64,000 bases of DNA from Octopus vulgaris (Eukaryota), in contig OX597821.1 in the NCBI GenBank assembly GCA_951406725.2, positions 80,600,001 through 80,664,000 of the forward strand, in the 5' to 3' direction. Shown piece after piece: positions 27,319 to 41,959 of this stretch (position 1 is the stretch's first letter; each line of letters begins with the position of its first letter). The notes under the pieces are model-generated. The model made no database searches. It worked only from the letters and a program-made list of their open reading frames with translations, and was not told the DNA's origin. The translations under genes and the position numbers were made by a program.

Positions 27319-28855
27319 TTTCAAGTGTTTCCATTTCTTGCCGAGTGTCTTCCTGACACCTAGGGCAGAGAAACGCATTGTATACATTGGTAGGCCATTA
27401 AAATAACCACACCAAATTGTCCATTTACAGTCATATGATAGAAAAAAGTGGGGGAGAAAAACAAAGAGAAAAAAGTAAACAAATAAAATAAAAGGAAAAA
27501 GAGAAAGAAAATTCACTTCGACAATGCTCTTCTCAATATGTGTGAGGTACCAGTTAAGACAATATTTTGCACTTCCTGTATGGATGGTAAACCAGGGATT
27601 ATTCTTAAATAATTTCCAATTTCTTTTTTATCATTCCCAGTACTCCTGTAATCACTGGTATTGTAACGGTCTTGAGATGCCACATCTTTTTGATTTCGAT
27701 TAGCAAATCTTTATGTTTTCTGAGCTTACCAGATTCTTTTGCCGATACATTATGATCACAGGGTATGCTCATGTCACTCAATAAACAGACTTTATTGTTT
27801 TGGTCTTTCAAACTGGCTTGTTTTTCTTAATGGTCCGGTCTGTATATACTGGAAAGTCCCAAAGAATAGTTACAATTTCTCCCTCAGTTACAGCCTTAGG
27901 GTAATGCTTGTAAAATTTGTCAGCATTTTTGATTTTATAATGCCGACACATTATCCAATGTAGATATTGGCCAACTCTGTCGTGTCTTGATTTGTACTCT
28001 AAGAGTGCTAAAATCTTACATCCAGATATTAGGTGGTCCACTGTTTCTATCCCATCGTTGCAGTATGGGCACTTTGGGTCTACACCATTTTTCATCACAT
28101 TGGTTTGATAGTTCTGGGTCAATAAGGTCTGATTTTGGGCAGCAAAAAAAAGCCTTCACTCTCTGCCTTTAGCCCTGATGGGTGTGCTTCTGGTCTACAG
28201 TTATTTTACTACGGGCCACGTATTTGCCATGCAGAGGTTTTTGTTCCCACCTCTCAGCCAGTGGTTCAAACGCATGTTCCTTTGCTATTGATTTAACCTT
28301 CTTTGCAACTACTGTTGCTACACTTCCATCATACTGTTCAACCTGGGTATTATGCATAAGCTCACCTGAAAATATTTTGCTCTCCTTCATAGCAGAATGT
28401 AGCTTCTTACGCCTTTCGTGGTTTCCAACGAGCTTTAGCGTCCAGTCATTAGATGTTTCAAGATATTTTGCCAGTCCAATCATGGTGGCTTTGTAGATTT
28501 CAAATTGGATCAAGCCTCGACCTCATTGAGTTCTGGGTAGGTAAAGACGATCTGCCTCTGCCTTTGGGTGGCGCATTTTATTGCAAGTCAGCAGTTTATG
28601 GAATATTCTGTCGGTCTTCCCTATTTCGCTCATATTCCAGTTCAACACATTGAAACTGTAAATAACAACCACAACTGCTAAGGAATTTATAGTTAACACC
28701 TTGTTACGTCCAGTTAACTCGGTTTTTAGGACTGCTTGAACTGTCCTGTAACATTCCTTCCTGATCTTCTCTTTCATACTTGCATGCTGAATGTCAGAGC
28801 CTTCCGAGGTATTTGTAAGTTTCTTCCCACTCGAGTTCTTTTATGACTGTGTCAA

Positions 28856-28857
<2 letters not shown>
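27319..28857 (-). mobile_element. R4/Dong-like RLE LINE, 5'-truncated (subfamily C)
   Basis: KEKIRKECY..LTGRNKV..INSLA, HPKAEADRLYLPR, KPLHGKY, CPYCNDGIETVDHLISGC..RHD, IPVITGVLG. Distinct 3' UTR. Confidence 0.9.
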
Positions 28858-28891
<34 letters not shown>

Positions 28892-28932
28892 CATCATCAC
28901 CATCATCATCATCATCATCATCATCATAATCA

Positions 28933-29317
28933 TTTCAATTCTGTTTCCATTTCTTGCCGAGTGTCATCCCGACACCTAGGGCATAGAAACTCACTGTAAA
29001 AATTGTTTGGCCATTAAAATAAACACCATATTGTTCCTTTACACAGTCATGTGATAGAAAATGGAGAAAATAAAAAAGGAAAAAGAAAAAGTGAAAAATA
29101 TGAAAAATAAGTAAGAAAGAATTCACAGAAACAAAGCTCTTCTCCATACGGATGACGGACGAGTTAAAACAATCTTTTGCACTTCCTACATGGACGGTAA
29201 ACCAGGGATCATTCTCAACCAGGGATCAGCTCCTTTTTTTATCATTTCAAGTGCTTCTACAACGATTTGGTATTGTAACCGTTTTGAGATTCCACATTTT
29301 TTCGATTTCAATCAGCA
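28933..29317 (-). mobile_element. R4/Dong-like 3' fragment (subfamily C)
   Basis: 3' UTR aligns with 27319-27520 (tttccatttcttgccgagtgtc...gacacctagggca). Confidence 0.82.
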
Positions 29318-29318
29318 A

Positions 29319-29372
<54 letters not shown>

Positions 29373-29400
29373 GATCATCATCATCATCATTATTATTATT

Positions 29401-30116
29401 GAGTGAGAGAGTAGTGCATGCCATCAAAGTGACACTGGGTTAAAATATACGAAGCCCAGTATACCCATCATGACTACCCGTCTGATAAGGGTATATTAGG
29501 TACATGCATCACAACGATATGTGCGCGACATGGTGATCTCATATCAAGATAAACAGCACATGACCTTGCAGGTGGAGCACAGTTAGAATTTTCTTCTGGT
29601 CGAGTAGCCCATCCCGCTCAAAAGGTCCCTGAATAAGGATGTTGAACGAAACACTCATGTTTCCAGAGATGAATTATTCAAACCCCAAAGAATCCCTTTC
29701 AACACATGGCTATGATGCTCCCCCACTACTTCTGCTCGTGATCAGAGATGCACATATCGTCAGCCACTAAAGGACATGCTCAACTGGTTATGGTCAAACA
29801 ACTGACAAGCAAATCTGTGCTAACGTTTCTGCTAGCTCGCCACCTCGGGGCGAGCTGGCAGAAACGTTAGCACGCTGGGCGAAATGCTTAGCGGTATTAC
29901 GTTCTGAGTTCAAATTCCGCCGAGGTCGACTTTGACTTTCATCCTTTCGGGGTCGATAAATTACGTACCAGTTACGCACTGGGGTCAATGTAATCGATTT
30001 AATACCTATGTCTGTCCTTGTTTGTCCCCTCTGTGTTTAGCCCCTTGTGGGTAATAAAGAAATAGGTATTGAGCAGAATATTTCCTGTTGCCCATCTTTT
30101 ATACCAAGACAAAACA

Positions 30117-30117
<1 letters not shown>
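29401..30117 (-). mobile_element. TAA-associated retroposon, 5'-truncated, carrying a SINE insertion (29820-30064)
   Basis: Colinear with 16462-16942 once the insert is removed (caaatctgtg|gtattgagcag). Confidence 0.85.
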
Positions 30118-30181
<64 letters not shown>

Positions 30182-30185
30182 ATAT

Positions 30186-30610
30186 GTGAGCTGGCAGAAT
30201 TGTTAGTACGCCGGGTAAAATACCTGGTAGCACTTCATTCGTTCTGGGTTCAAATGCCGGCGGGAGTCTACTTTGCATTTTCACCATTTCGGGGTTGAGA
30301 AAATAAGTACCACTGAAGTACTGGGGTCGATGGTATCGACTTATCACTTCCCAGAAATAGCTGGCCTTGTGCCAAAAATCGAAACCATCATCATCATCGT
30401 CGTCATCATTACTAAAGCGGTGAGCTGGCAGAGCCGTTAGCGAGTCGAACGAAATGTTTAGCGGCATTCCGACTGTCTTTTCGTTCTGAGTTCAAATTTC
30501 GCCGAGGTCAGTTTTGCCTGTCATCATTTTGGGATCGATGAAACGGGTATCATTAATCACTGGAGTCGATGTAATCCCACCTCCTACAAAACTTCAGACC
30601 GTGTACCCAT
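30186..30610 (+). mobile_element. Two SINE family 2 copies
   Basis: gagctggcaga heads at 30188 and 30422. Confidence 0.8.
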
Positions 30611-30769
30611 CAAATCCCGACAGGGTGAACTTTGTCTTTCAAGCTGGAAGGGGAAAAAATATACCACTGATGTTTCAATTAATCTAACTTCCACAACCAT
30701 AAGAACTTATCAAAAAAAAACAAAACAAAACCAAGCAACAGCCAAAAATCACTAAAAAGATCGATCGTT

Positions 30770-31075
30770 CTGCAACGTCATCAAGTATGTATAGAAAGAC
30801 ATCAACAAGAGAATAAACAATTTATCCTCTGGCGAAGTCACCTTCAAAAAGGGCCGCACTACAACGAAGTACCGAAAAAGAATTTCGTATATACAAATAG
30901 CAACAAATGATTGTTCTAAAAATACTAAGATGACGAATATAACATGAATGTGAAAAACAGCTCAGGACGTCAGGCGTCGTTTAAAACTTCCAACCGTTGT
31001 TATCCGTTGTTCATTTCAATCCACTAATGAGTGCTCGACCAGACAAAGGTACTGCACAAAACATTTAGGTACGCG
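30770..31075 (+). mobile_element. Decayed Penelope-like element fragment
   Basis: DINKRINNLSSGEVTF..HYNE resembles the PLE RT thumb. A decayed hammerhead-like core follows (ctaatga gtgc...gcac aaaac, 31024-31062). Confidence 0.5.
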
Positions 31076-31178
31076 TTTGGAAACCTACATACATGTAGAT
31101 TAAACTGATGCTATTCTTTTCTAAGAGTGTAATTGGCACTTTTATGTTTTCTCCACGATAAAACATAAACAATTAAAA

Positions 31179-31242
<64 letters not shown>

Positions 31243-31684
31243 GCACACACGCACACACACATACGTATGTATATGTATGCATGTGCCTGTATATGAGTTT
31301 ATACGCACTCACACATGTACACACACATGCACACATACTTACGTATGTATATGTATACATGTGCATGTACGTACGTGTGAGTACGCACCCACACGTGGAC
31401 ACACACACACATACAGTGTTTGATTGCAGTACACAAGACACATAGCACTCAACTGTGCGGAACACTATAATCCAAACTGAGAGAATGGAGCAGGTAAAAT
31501 GCAGCCTACATATGTTTCATAGTTAGCAGAACTTTGAAAATAATAATTACGCAACGAGAGGTACTCCAATAGCTACTCATCAGGCCGAAGATACCTTAGT
31601 TAAATGAAGGTTACGTTGTCGTCAAAGAATCTTGAGTTAACTCGCGGGAGATGTGAGTTAAAATGTGTAAGTGGTGTGTATATG

Positions 31685-31825
<141 letters not shown>

Positions 31826-31859
31826 CTATGTCTATCTACATATATATATATATATATAT

Positions 31860-31903
31860 GTAGTGAATTTGGTAGACGAAAACTGAAAGAAGCCCGTCGT
31901 ATG

Positions 31904-31954
<51 letters not shown>

Positions 31955-32180
31955 TTATGTATGTGCGTGTATATGTTTGTGCGTCTGTGTTTCTCACCCC
32001 AACATCGCTTGACAACCGATGCTGGTGTGTTTACGTCCCCGTAACTTAGCGGTTCGGCAAACGAAGCCGATGGAATAAGTACTAGGCTTACAAAGAGTAA
32101 GTCCTGGGATCGATTTGCTCGACTAAAGGCGGTGCTCCAGTATGGCCACAGTCAAAGGACTGAAACAAGTAAAAGAGAGT
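31860..32180 (+). mobile_element. SINE family 1, lacking the head
   Basis: Body and tail match 13575-13843. Confidence 0.85.
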
Positions 32181-32185
32181 ATATA

Positions 32186-32221
<36 letters not shown>

Positions 32222-32510
32222 TTATTTTAGGGAATATAAATCCAAACGTACAGGGAAAAAAAATTCAATTTAGAAAAACTAAATCAAATTTCACACAATA
32301 TAATATATATATATAAAAAATTAGAAAAAAAAACACCTTTTATCAATTCAAAATCAACAATTAAATTACACCATCTAGAAAATTACATAGAATAGAAATA
32401 TTAAAATTAAAATAACAATAAAATATCAATGATTAAGTAAATTGGAAAAAAATAATAAAAACGTATATAATTGGTAGATTAATGTGTGTGTATATGTATA
32501 TATATATATA

Positions 32511-32642
<132 letters not shown>

Positions 32643-32951
32643 GACATGATAAATTGGTATATTCTGTTAAGAACGTAATAGAATACAGTATAAAGCTGGT
32701 CCACCTTCAGATTTACCCATTGCTATCCAACAGTAGTATTATACGTGCTTCTAGGTTTGTGTTTGGGCATCTGTCGTATATTTCGAGACACTTGAAAAAC
32801 AGCCAACACCTGATGAAGGGTCGTTCTGTTTGTTGTTTGTTTTGTTTTCCATTTGTGTTTTTCGTTGTACGAAAGAATAGTTCATATTCCATGTACTCGT
32901 GCTTCGTACTTTTTTGTTGTACACGTTTCGTGACGTCCTGTACCCACATAT

Positions 32952-32993
<42 letters not shown>

Positions 32994-32994
32994 G

Positions 32995-33031
<37 letters not shown>

Positions 33032-33754
33032 ATGTGTGTGTGTGTGTGTTGTGTATAGATGCAAGTATATACATATACGTATGTATATATGCATATGCAT
33101 ATATATATATATACGTGCTTAGGCATCCTCGCCAAATAAAGGTGGTCTGGCCCATGTACCTGTTGTGAACTAGATATTTTTTTAAATATCTATATTTCTC
33201 GAAGATCTCTGACGTGGTACGATCTCGAATTGAATGCAAACTCAAGAATTTTTGGTAGCGCATATATTTTGAGAATTTTTACCGGGCTCTTTTTTCGCCA
33301 ACAATTCAGGAAGTTGAGGTGATATTACGCTTCCTTGCTGAAACATGTCTGGAACCGTAAATTTTGAAAAAAAGCGAAAATATATCTATTATTAGACATA
33401 TACCGAATATTTGATCTTATTTTACTTTTAATACTTCAAGTATTACATATATTTTTATATTTTATGTATTATAAATCATGTACATAACATCTTGGAATTA
33501 TAAGTCACAGAGCCTCTGTATCTTAAGAGGGACTTGTATATGTACCATGGTGTGTTTTTTCATGAATCCTCGATCGACTCGAAACTTATTCTTTACTTCC
33601 GTATCTATCTTTACAGTAGCCATGTTCAAATATTCCAGTGAAATTGTTTTCTCCAAAACCGGAGTTAAAAACACAAATCTGTGGTTAGCATCTAATATGA
33701 GATAAATTTAGCTGCTATTTCTCGCAGGTCGAGTGACCATGCAGAGTTTCTGCC

Positions 33755-33840
33755 CATGGTTCCTGGTTCAGTCCCACTGCGTGGCACGTTGGGCAAGTGA
33801 ATGGATTTGGTAGATAGAACTGAAAGAAGCCCGTCGTATA

Positions 33841-33909
<69 letters not shown>

Positions 33910-34140
33910 GTATGTATGTATGTATGTGTGTGTGTGTGTGTATATGTTTGTATGTCTGTGTTTGTCCCCACAACATCGCTTGACGACCGATGCTGGTGTG
34001 TTTACTTCCCTGTAACTTAGCGGTTCGGCAAAAGTGACCGATAGAATAAATACTTACAAAGAATAAGTCCTGGAGTCGATTGCTCGACTAAAGGCGGTGC
34101 TCCAGTATGGCCACAGTCAAAGGACTGAAACAGGTAGAAG
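33755..34140 (+). mobile_element. SINE family 1 with expanded internal (TA)n
   Basis: B box, body and tail match the family. Confidence 0.85.
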
Positions 34141-35289
34141 TATTATTTGTTTAACTATTCATGATTATGCCAGACACTTGTTTTACAATATAAATAACGA
34201 CTTCTCTCGTGTGCAGTTATACTTTTAGATTACTAGAAAGCAAAAAAAATCTATTATCCATTGCAGGTAATATAAAAGAATATCTTCTGGAATTGGAGCC
34301 ATTGATTTCGCTTGTGACTTAACTCATTGAGAGAGAAGGAAAAAGAATTTCCAGTCATGTTGCTACTATTTATAGCTGTTTTATTATCGTAATTCTCGCG
34401 GTAAATGGCGGAACGAACAATTTGGATGACATTTCACATAAAAAATTTCGTTTATAAATATATGAACTCTATTCAATAGTATATTAATCTAAATATATTC
34501 ATCCTTTCGGGAGACGATAAATTAAATACCAATTGTTCGTTTGTGGTCGATCTAATCGAATGATCCCCTCCCCAAAAATTTCAGGCCTTGTGCATAGAGT
34601 AGGAAAGATTAATCTAATAAATTAGAACCGAAATTAGAACGAAAGAGAGATCAAAGCGTACGGAAGGATGAATGGATGAGTAATTTTTTTTATAAGCAGA
34701 ATGTCGTTAATACGATACCATTGGTTTCACGCGAATACATATGCAACTCTCCAGTCGTAGTTTGTGTAATGTTAGCAACTCAATCATCTTGTTACATTTA
34801 TTGTTACATATAAAGCTGTGCAATAATCACGAGGGCAACCTTTTCCTTTTCTTTTTGCAAAATATTTCTTCAGATGTCTCTGTTTCAGTTACTAGAACTT
34901 ACGATCCTGCAAATACACGTAAAGGCTTGGGGTGAGGGTTTGTGACGAAGGTTAGGGTTTAGGATTAGGACAATGAAATGGGTGGTTCGAAAAAAAATGA
35001 ATTTGTAAACGATTTTATTAAAAAAATTTTTTTTGTCCCTAATGTGTAAAATATGTAAGCAAATTAGTTATAAAGGAAGTTGCATTTGCTCAACTTCGTA
35101 AAATTTTCTTCATTTACTTGTAAAAGTTTTCATTTTGGGCTATTTCTAACACATATCACTGTATTTTGAAAAATTTGTTCCACTTTTCGTGACACTGTCC
35201 GGCGATAATCAGCATCAAATTATAACTATCCGGAAAACGGAGATCTTATTTTCTTTCTATCACCATCGCGTATTTGTTTTACTCATTAA

Positions 35290-35322
35290 TAAGCCCGGGC
35301 CACGCCGGGTACTGCAGCTAGT
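35290..35322 (+). mobile_element. Helitron 3' terminus
   Basis: cccgggccacgccggg hairpin, 8 nt, then CTAG|T. The 5' end was not located. Confidence 0.55.
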
Positions 35323-35421
35323 GTGTATGTGTGATTATATGTGTGTATCTATGTATGTATACATACATATATACATTCAAATACACATACGTATACATAT
35401 ACATACGTACACAAGTGTGTG

Positions 35422-35466
<45 letters not shown>

Positions 35467-35923
35467 ATGTATAATATGTAGACATGTATTCGTAGACTAC
35501 AGCACAAACAATGTGAATCTTTAACGATGCCAAAAGTTTATACCACCCTGATTGCTAGAGGAAAGCAAACTTCAATTTAGTCGTGTTAACAGTTATCATA
35601 GAGATACAGATTTTAGCACAATAGCTCCATCTGGTCTTTACTGTTGACAAACACACACACACAGATGTATGCACAAAGGCGCACACGCACACACGCACAC
35701 ACACGCACAGATGTATGCACATAGGCACACACACGCTCACAAACACACATACAATACTATTCACTCATAAACACGCATATATATATATATATAATTATAT
35801 AATGTGTGTGTATGTGTATTTAGAAACGCAAATACATACATAGATAAATAAGCATATGTATATATTATGTATGTGTGTGTGTGTATGTATGCATGTATGT
35901 ATGTATGTATGTATGTATGTATG

Positions 35924-35986
<63 letters not shown>

Positions 35987-36600
35987 CACTCACATATAAC
36001 ATGCAAGCTTGCATACATATATATATATAGAAAGAAATCGCTCTCCATAGCCAACGGTATGTTTGCATGTAAAAAAAAAATTGAGTAATTTATTCTCTGA
36101 GTAAGAGAAAGACTAGGTTAAACATTTTCCTCTGATGAAAGACACACAGCTGCCTTCAATCAATCTTCCAGTAAATCTTTTCACAATGTCAGCCTATTTA
36201 AACACACATACACACATACATTTGTGTACATAAGCGCGCGCACATACCTACATTCTTAAATACACGAGTAAGTATCTATGTATAACGCTATTCGGCTAGG
36301 TGACGATCTTCCCATCAACTCGTGACAAGCGAGCATGCTACTCACCTAACTCGGGATCAGCCGGTCGAAATTTCTCTTCCATTTTCTTCATTTTTTCACC
36401 CTTTCTTTTTAATAATTGTTTTTATTACTCTATTTCTCAATGGAATTTTCTAGTTGTCGTCTGCTGTCCGATCGAAATGATAGCCACCATATTTTAAAAC
36501 ATGTTCGTTCTTCTTGTCACTATGTTTGGTAAGACCACCAAAGTCTCTATATCTAAATAATAAATCACCGAGATTATCGAAATACTACTGTTTTAATAGT

Positions 36601-36662
<62 letters not shown>

Positions 36663-36939
36663 AAAACATGTATATTCTGTTTGTTTGTTTTTTTGCTTTT
36701 TGTTTGTTTTTTTTGTGGGGGAACGGTGAAACTGGAAGCAGATAGCGCTATATATAATAGCGTGTAAATATTGGGTTTAAAAATCCCTTTGGAAAGAATA
36801 AGTCGAAGGTTGCCCTTGGAACACGAACCAGCATTTCCATAAAGACAGCAGACGTTGCACCATTCCACTTACACTGTTCCAAAAAGAAATCATTTCACGT
36901 TCTTTTGAAGTTTATAAATCCTTATGACGTTAGTAAATA

Positions 36940-37253
36940 TTCTTTTCTACTCTATGAAAAGGCTTGAAATTTTAGGGGATGGGAGGGGGTCAATCGATTA
37001 GATCAACCCCAATATGCAACTGGTACGTAATTTATCGACACCGAAAGGATAAAAGGCAAAGTCGACTTCGGCGGAATTTTAACTCAGAACTTAAAGCCAC
37101 ACAAAATACCTATTTCTTTACTACCCACAAGGGGCTAAACACAGAGATGACAAACAAGGACAGACAAACGGATTAAGTCGATTATATCGACCCCAGTGCG
37201 TAACTGGTACTTATTTAATCGACCCCGAAAGGATGAAAGGCAAAGTCGACCTC
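36940..37253 (-). mobile_element. SINE family 2 dimer, headless
   Basis: Two Nin-like cores joined by the cccacaaggggctaaacacagag linker. Confidence 0.85.
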
Positions 37254-37469
37254 TTTCTCTAACATTTTACGTAGTTCAACCAACACAAGTTAATGTGTGA
37301 ATGACAAAATAGGAATTTTGAAAGGAATATCTATAAACTCGTTTACGAATATCGAATTGATATGGGAGTCCAACAGTATAAAATAGTAACCAAAGACGTT
37401 CATAGGTAAAAAGAAAATGACTGAGAACCTCTGGTTCAAAGATTCATAGATCTTTGATATTATTATTTA

Positions 37470-37800
37470 GTCAAATAAGTCTTTGCAGAGTCCTTTCTGC
37501 TCCTCCCGATACAGATTTTGCTCTTTCGTCTTTTTTATCAGATGTTTATTTTCTTTGATACTTTTGCAGTTAAGGTTTTCTAAACTGTTGAGAGGTAGGT
37601 TATGAGCTTGCATTTTTCAGGGTTTGTTGCTCCTTAGTATCCGGGATTTAGATGGTTTTCCCCACATTAAACCAGTCTGATGGTTTTCCGGTTCCTTCAA
37701 TATCTATCGAACATCTCTGTACCGTCTTGTTTGATTTTTATAGTGTCTGGTGTTATTATGGCGTCTTGTGTTAATATGACGTCGCACGAGGGTTCAATTG
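37470..37800 (-). mobile_element. Old R4/Dong-like RT N-terminal fragment
   Basis: Decayed W..GKT..IP...PEKCKLITYLSTV*KTLT...EQ..KGLCKD, resembling PxNYRPITCLxTxYKLLT...EQKG. Confidence 0.55.
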
Positions 37801-38119
37801 ATCCTCTGCTGTACTTGCTCGTCGTCATAATTTTTGTATTTCTCTTGCTGTTAGTGCTGCATTGACTTCTATTTTCACTTTATCTAGTTCTTGATAAAGT
37901 CGTAAGGGGTTAGAGTCGAACTATCTGTCTTGTTCAAAGAATCGGAGTCTGTTTTCATATTGAAGGCAGTCTGTAATTTAGTGAGGATTCCTTATCTTAG
38001 GTGATCTCTCATTTTATTATGTAACTTTGTATGTGTGTGTGTGTGTGCGCGCGTGCGCGCGCGCGTGTGTGTGTGTGTGTGTGTGCGTGCGTGTGATATT
38101 CAGGTGACAGAAATGAACA

Positions 38120-38298
38120 GTACCTGTATTTCAAAGGGCCAGCCTTGTCACATTTTGTCACGTTGAACCTTCCTGACAACTATGTTAAAGGTCCTTGCGT
38201 CCGTGGAGTGCTCAGCCACTTGCACGTTAATTTCACGAACTGGTTGTGCTGTTGATCGGATCAACTATTACATTCGTCGTTGTAACCGACAGATGCCA
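38120..38298 (+). mobile_element. SINE tail X fragment
   Basis: Matches 22565-22745 (gtacctgtatttcaaagggccagccttgtcac...). Confidence 0.8.
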
Positions 38299-38400
38299 GT
38301 TAGTGTGTGATATTTTTATGTTATAAAACTGTAGCATTTGTTTCTCCTTTCTTTTTCTTTATTTTCCGCTATTGATTTCGTCAGAATTGGGAGAATTATA

Positions 38401-39681
38401 TTGGGTTGTCCGGAAAGTTGGTGCCGATTTATAGTAGCTTACATTTCGACTAATTTTAGAACATGGTTCAGTCCATAAAATAAGATTTGACTACCCCTCC
38501 ATTTAGACCACAGTTTAAGCTGTCTTTTCGTGGAAGAAGGTTTATGTTCCTATGATCTGTGGTAATTCTGTAACCCTTTAAAATGGAAGATAATAAAGTT
38601 CATTTTCAGTACTTGATGCTTTTCTTTTTCCGTAAAGGGAAAATGCCTCACAAGCAACCAAAGAAATATGCGCAGTTTACGGTGATGTTTCTTTATCCGA
38701 AAGAACTGTACGGAAGTGGCTTGCAAGGTTCCAGGCTGGAGATTGTAGCCTTATTGATAAAGAGCGATCAGGCAGACCATCCACTACAGATGATGACCAA
38801 ATCAAGTCCTTAATTGAGAATAACCCTCATTGCACATCCTGAGAATTGGCAGAAAGCCTCAACCTATCAAAATCCGTCGTTCATGAGCACCTGGTAAAGC
38901 TTGGGTATACAAATCGCTACGATGTTTGGGTACCACATGAGTCAAGTGAGAAGAACCTTTTGGGTCGCATTTCCATCTGTGATTCGCTTTATAAACGGAA
39001 TGAAAACGTGGCTTTTTTAAAGCAAATTGTGACAGGTGGTGAGAAATGGATTATCTACCGAAATGTTCAGAGAAAGCGATCCTGGAGTAAGCGACAGGAG
39101 CCATCATTAGCCACCCCAAAAGCGGGTCTTCACCCTAAAAAAGTCTTGCTTTGCGTCTGGTGGGATTAGAAAAGAATTCTGTACTATGAGCTTCTCCCAA
39201 GTAACCAGACAATTAATTCTGAGAAATACTGCACACAACTGGACGAGTTAAAAGCAGCAATTCAAGAGAAACATCCAGAATTGGCCAACAGGAAGGGTGT
39301 TGTTTTCCAACATGAGAATGCAAGACCGCACGTTTCTTTGGGAACCAGACAAAAATTGCTGCAGCTCGGCTGGGATGTGTTACCCCACCCTTCATATTCA
39401 CCAGATATTGCTCCTTCGGATTTCCACTTACTCAGGTCTCTGCAGAATAGTCTTAATGGTAAAAATTTCAATTCCTTGGATGACGTGAAAAGATACCTTG
39501 ATGAATTCTTTGCCATGAAATCCTCAATTCTGGGAAGAGGGTATTTTCAAGTTAAAGGAAAGATGGAGACGCATTGTGCAACAAAATGCTTCATGTTTGG
39601 TTGATTGAAAATGTAATGGCAAGTATTTATTGACGTTTTTCTTTCGTTTAAAAGTTGGCACGAACTTTCCGGACAACCTAA
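38401..39681 (+). mobile_element. Full-length (1281 bp) mariner element, inactive
   Basis: ~30 bp TIRs (ttgggttgtccggaaagttggtgcc / ggcacgaactttccggacaacctaa) with TA TSDs. Motifs WVPHES, IVTGGEKW, LHPKKVLLCVWWD, HENARPH, YSPDIAPSDFHL, with stops and frameshifts. Confidence 0.96.
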
Positions 39682-40493
39682 TATTTTCTAGCTTTTCTTT
39701 ACGTTTCGTTTCCATGTTTTTCGATTTTGAAATACCTACGCTCGTAGGCTGGATATGAGTCATTTTGGCGCAGCAGTTTTGGCGCTATCGAATTAGCATC
39801 ACTGATTCATCACCTAGTTTGATATCAGACATTTTAATGTTTCTCCCGTTCTATTCCTCCCTCACTCTCTCTTTCCTTCTTTATCTCACTCTCTCGCTCT
39901 TTCTTTCTCTCACTCTCTCTCTCTCACTCCTCCCTCACTCTTTCTCTCTCTCACACACACTCTTTATCTGTATGCATATATTTCTTCAAGTTCGTGCGTG
40001 TGTGTATGTCGTGTTTATCTCCAGTACCGAAATGTACCGTCACCAAAACAGGTAGTAGAATGTCCAACCAGCCAGGTAAAATCATCAGCGCTCAAACAGC
40101 CCCACCTAATCGTCTTATTCCAGGGTGAATTTGAAGAAGTTCTCATTTCTTTGTAACGACTATGGTTGCTGTATGTATTATTTTCATTAACCCAGTGATA
40201 ATGATGTCCATAGCTGTTTTCATTAAATCAGCCATTTATGCGGCGTTTTATATATTTATTTATTTATTTTTGTTATTGTTGCTATTTTATTTGTTCCGTT
40301 TTATTCTTGGGACACGCTTTTATTGATCCATTGGAAAATCTAGATTTTAATTCTTCCATTATTTCCACTTTTAGATTATCACAATGCGAATAATATCCAT
40401 TAGAATTTCCTATTCGTTAATCTTTCAAATGTGCTTTTGTTGTTTGTTTTTTTTGCACGCATTGCATGTCTTTGAGGTTTATCGTATCAAGTT

Positions 40494-40529
<36 letters not shown>

Positions 40530-40572
40530 TCTCTCTCCCTCTCTACCCTGCTCTCTCCTTCTATCAACCCCT

Positions 40573-40682
<110 letters not shown>

Positions 40683-41383
40683 ACTCTTCGTCACCCGCAA
40701 ATGAACGTCATCAACCTCTTGTCTCCAGAATTCCTTTTCTTGTATTACCTTTGCTCGGTCGATCTTCAGTAGACCAGAATCTTCAACCAGTCAGTCAGTA
40801 GAAATGTCTAATCTCAATGTTTTTACTTTCTATGGTTTGCTTTGTGTTTTATCTCATTATCTTTTTACCTTTTTTAAATCACTGGGTTGCGGCCATACTA
40901 GTGCACCGCCTTGAAGGGCTTAGACTGGTGATTCATCAGTTGATTTAAACCTAGTACCCGATCGCCCGTCAACTCAAACCTCTAATATAAGTCATCGGGG
41001 GTTAACAAAAAAAAATCAATAAATTTTACCAGTAAATTCACGTCTTACAAACACAGTTATCCTTCCACATTTTTGCCATTTTTTATTTGGTTTCCTTCGT
41101 TGGTATTTAATCGATGTTAAAGGATACTTTTCGTAGTAGTTGGCTAAATTCTACCATATTATTATTATTATTACTATCATTATTATTATTACTGCTTCTG
41201 TTTTTATTTGTTGGTGATATTGTTGTCCTTTCGTTTCAGTATCAGCACTCCAGTTGGCTGTCTATATTACTTACATCTTAAAGACATGTTTGTTTAGCCT
41301 TTTCGTACACATATGTAATGTGTGTGTGAACATGAGAGCGTTTCGAATTTCCGCGCGCGTGCGTGTGAGCGCACCGAACATGT

Positions 41384-41420
<37 letters not shown>

Positions 41421-41884
41421 CGTGTATGTGCGTGTGTGTGTGTACGTGTGTGTGTGTGTATGTGTGTGTGCGTGCGTGTGTATGTGTGCGTGCGTGCGTA
41501 CGTGTGTGCGTGCGAGCGTGTGTATGTGTGCGTGCGTACGTGTGTGTATGTGTGCGTGCGTGCGTGTGCGTGTGCGTGCGTGTGTGTGTGCGTGTGTGTG
41601 TGTGTGTAGACCACCTGGTTCGTTTCTGTCGCCTCTAACCACCATCGCAATGCAGGTCGCTTACTTCTCTCGTTACTCTCATAGCAATGTGAAATTGCAT
41701 TCAAACTATTTTTATATCTCTGCGTCCCGCATCAACAAAGCCCAAACATCCAACAAACGCCACCAATACCACCAACACTACCATCATTACTATTACTATT
41801 ACTGCTGCTGCTGTTGCTAATACTAATACTAATACTAATAATAATAATAACAACAACAATAACAACAACAACAACAACAACAAC

Positions 41885-41937
<53 letters not shown>

Positions 41938-41959
41938 TAATAATAATAATTTTTTTTAA

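Noticed and set aside
34930-34972. Telomere-like ttaggg stretch
   Set aside because: Only one exact unit plus degenerate ones, not an interstitial telomeric array.
40025-40075. Possible 27/51-nt exon (ccag|taccga...cag|gt)
   Set aside because: Weak donor sites and no recognisable peptide. Similar weak candidates near 34230 and 34875 were also dropped.
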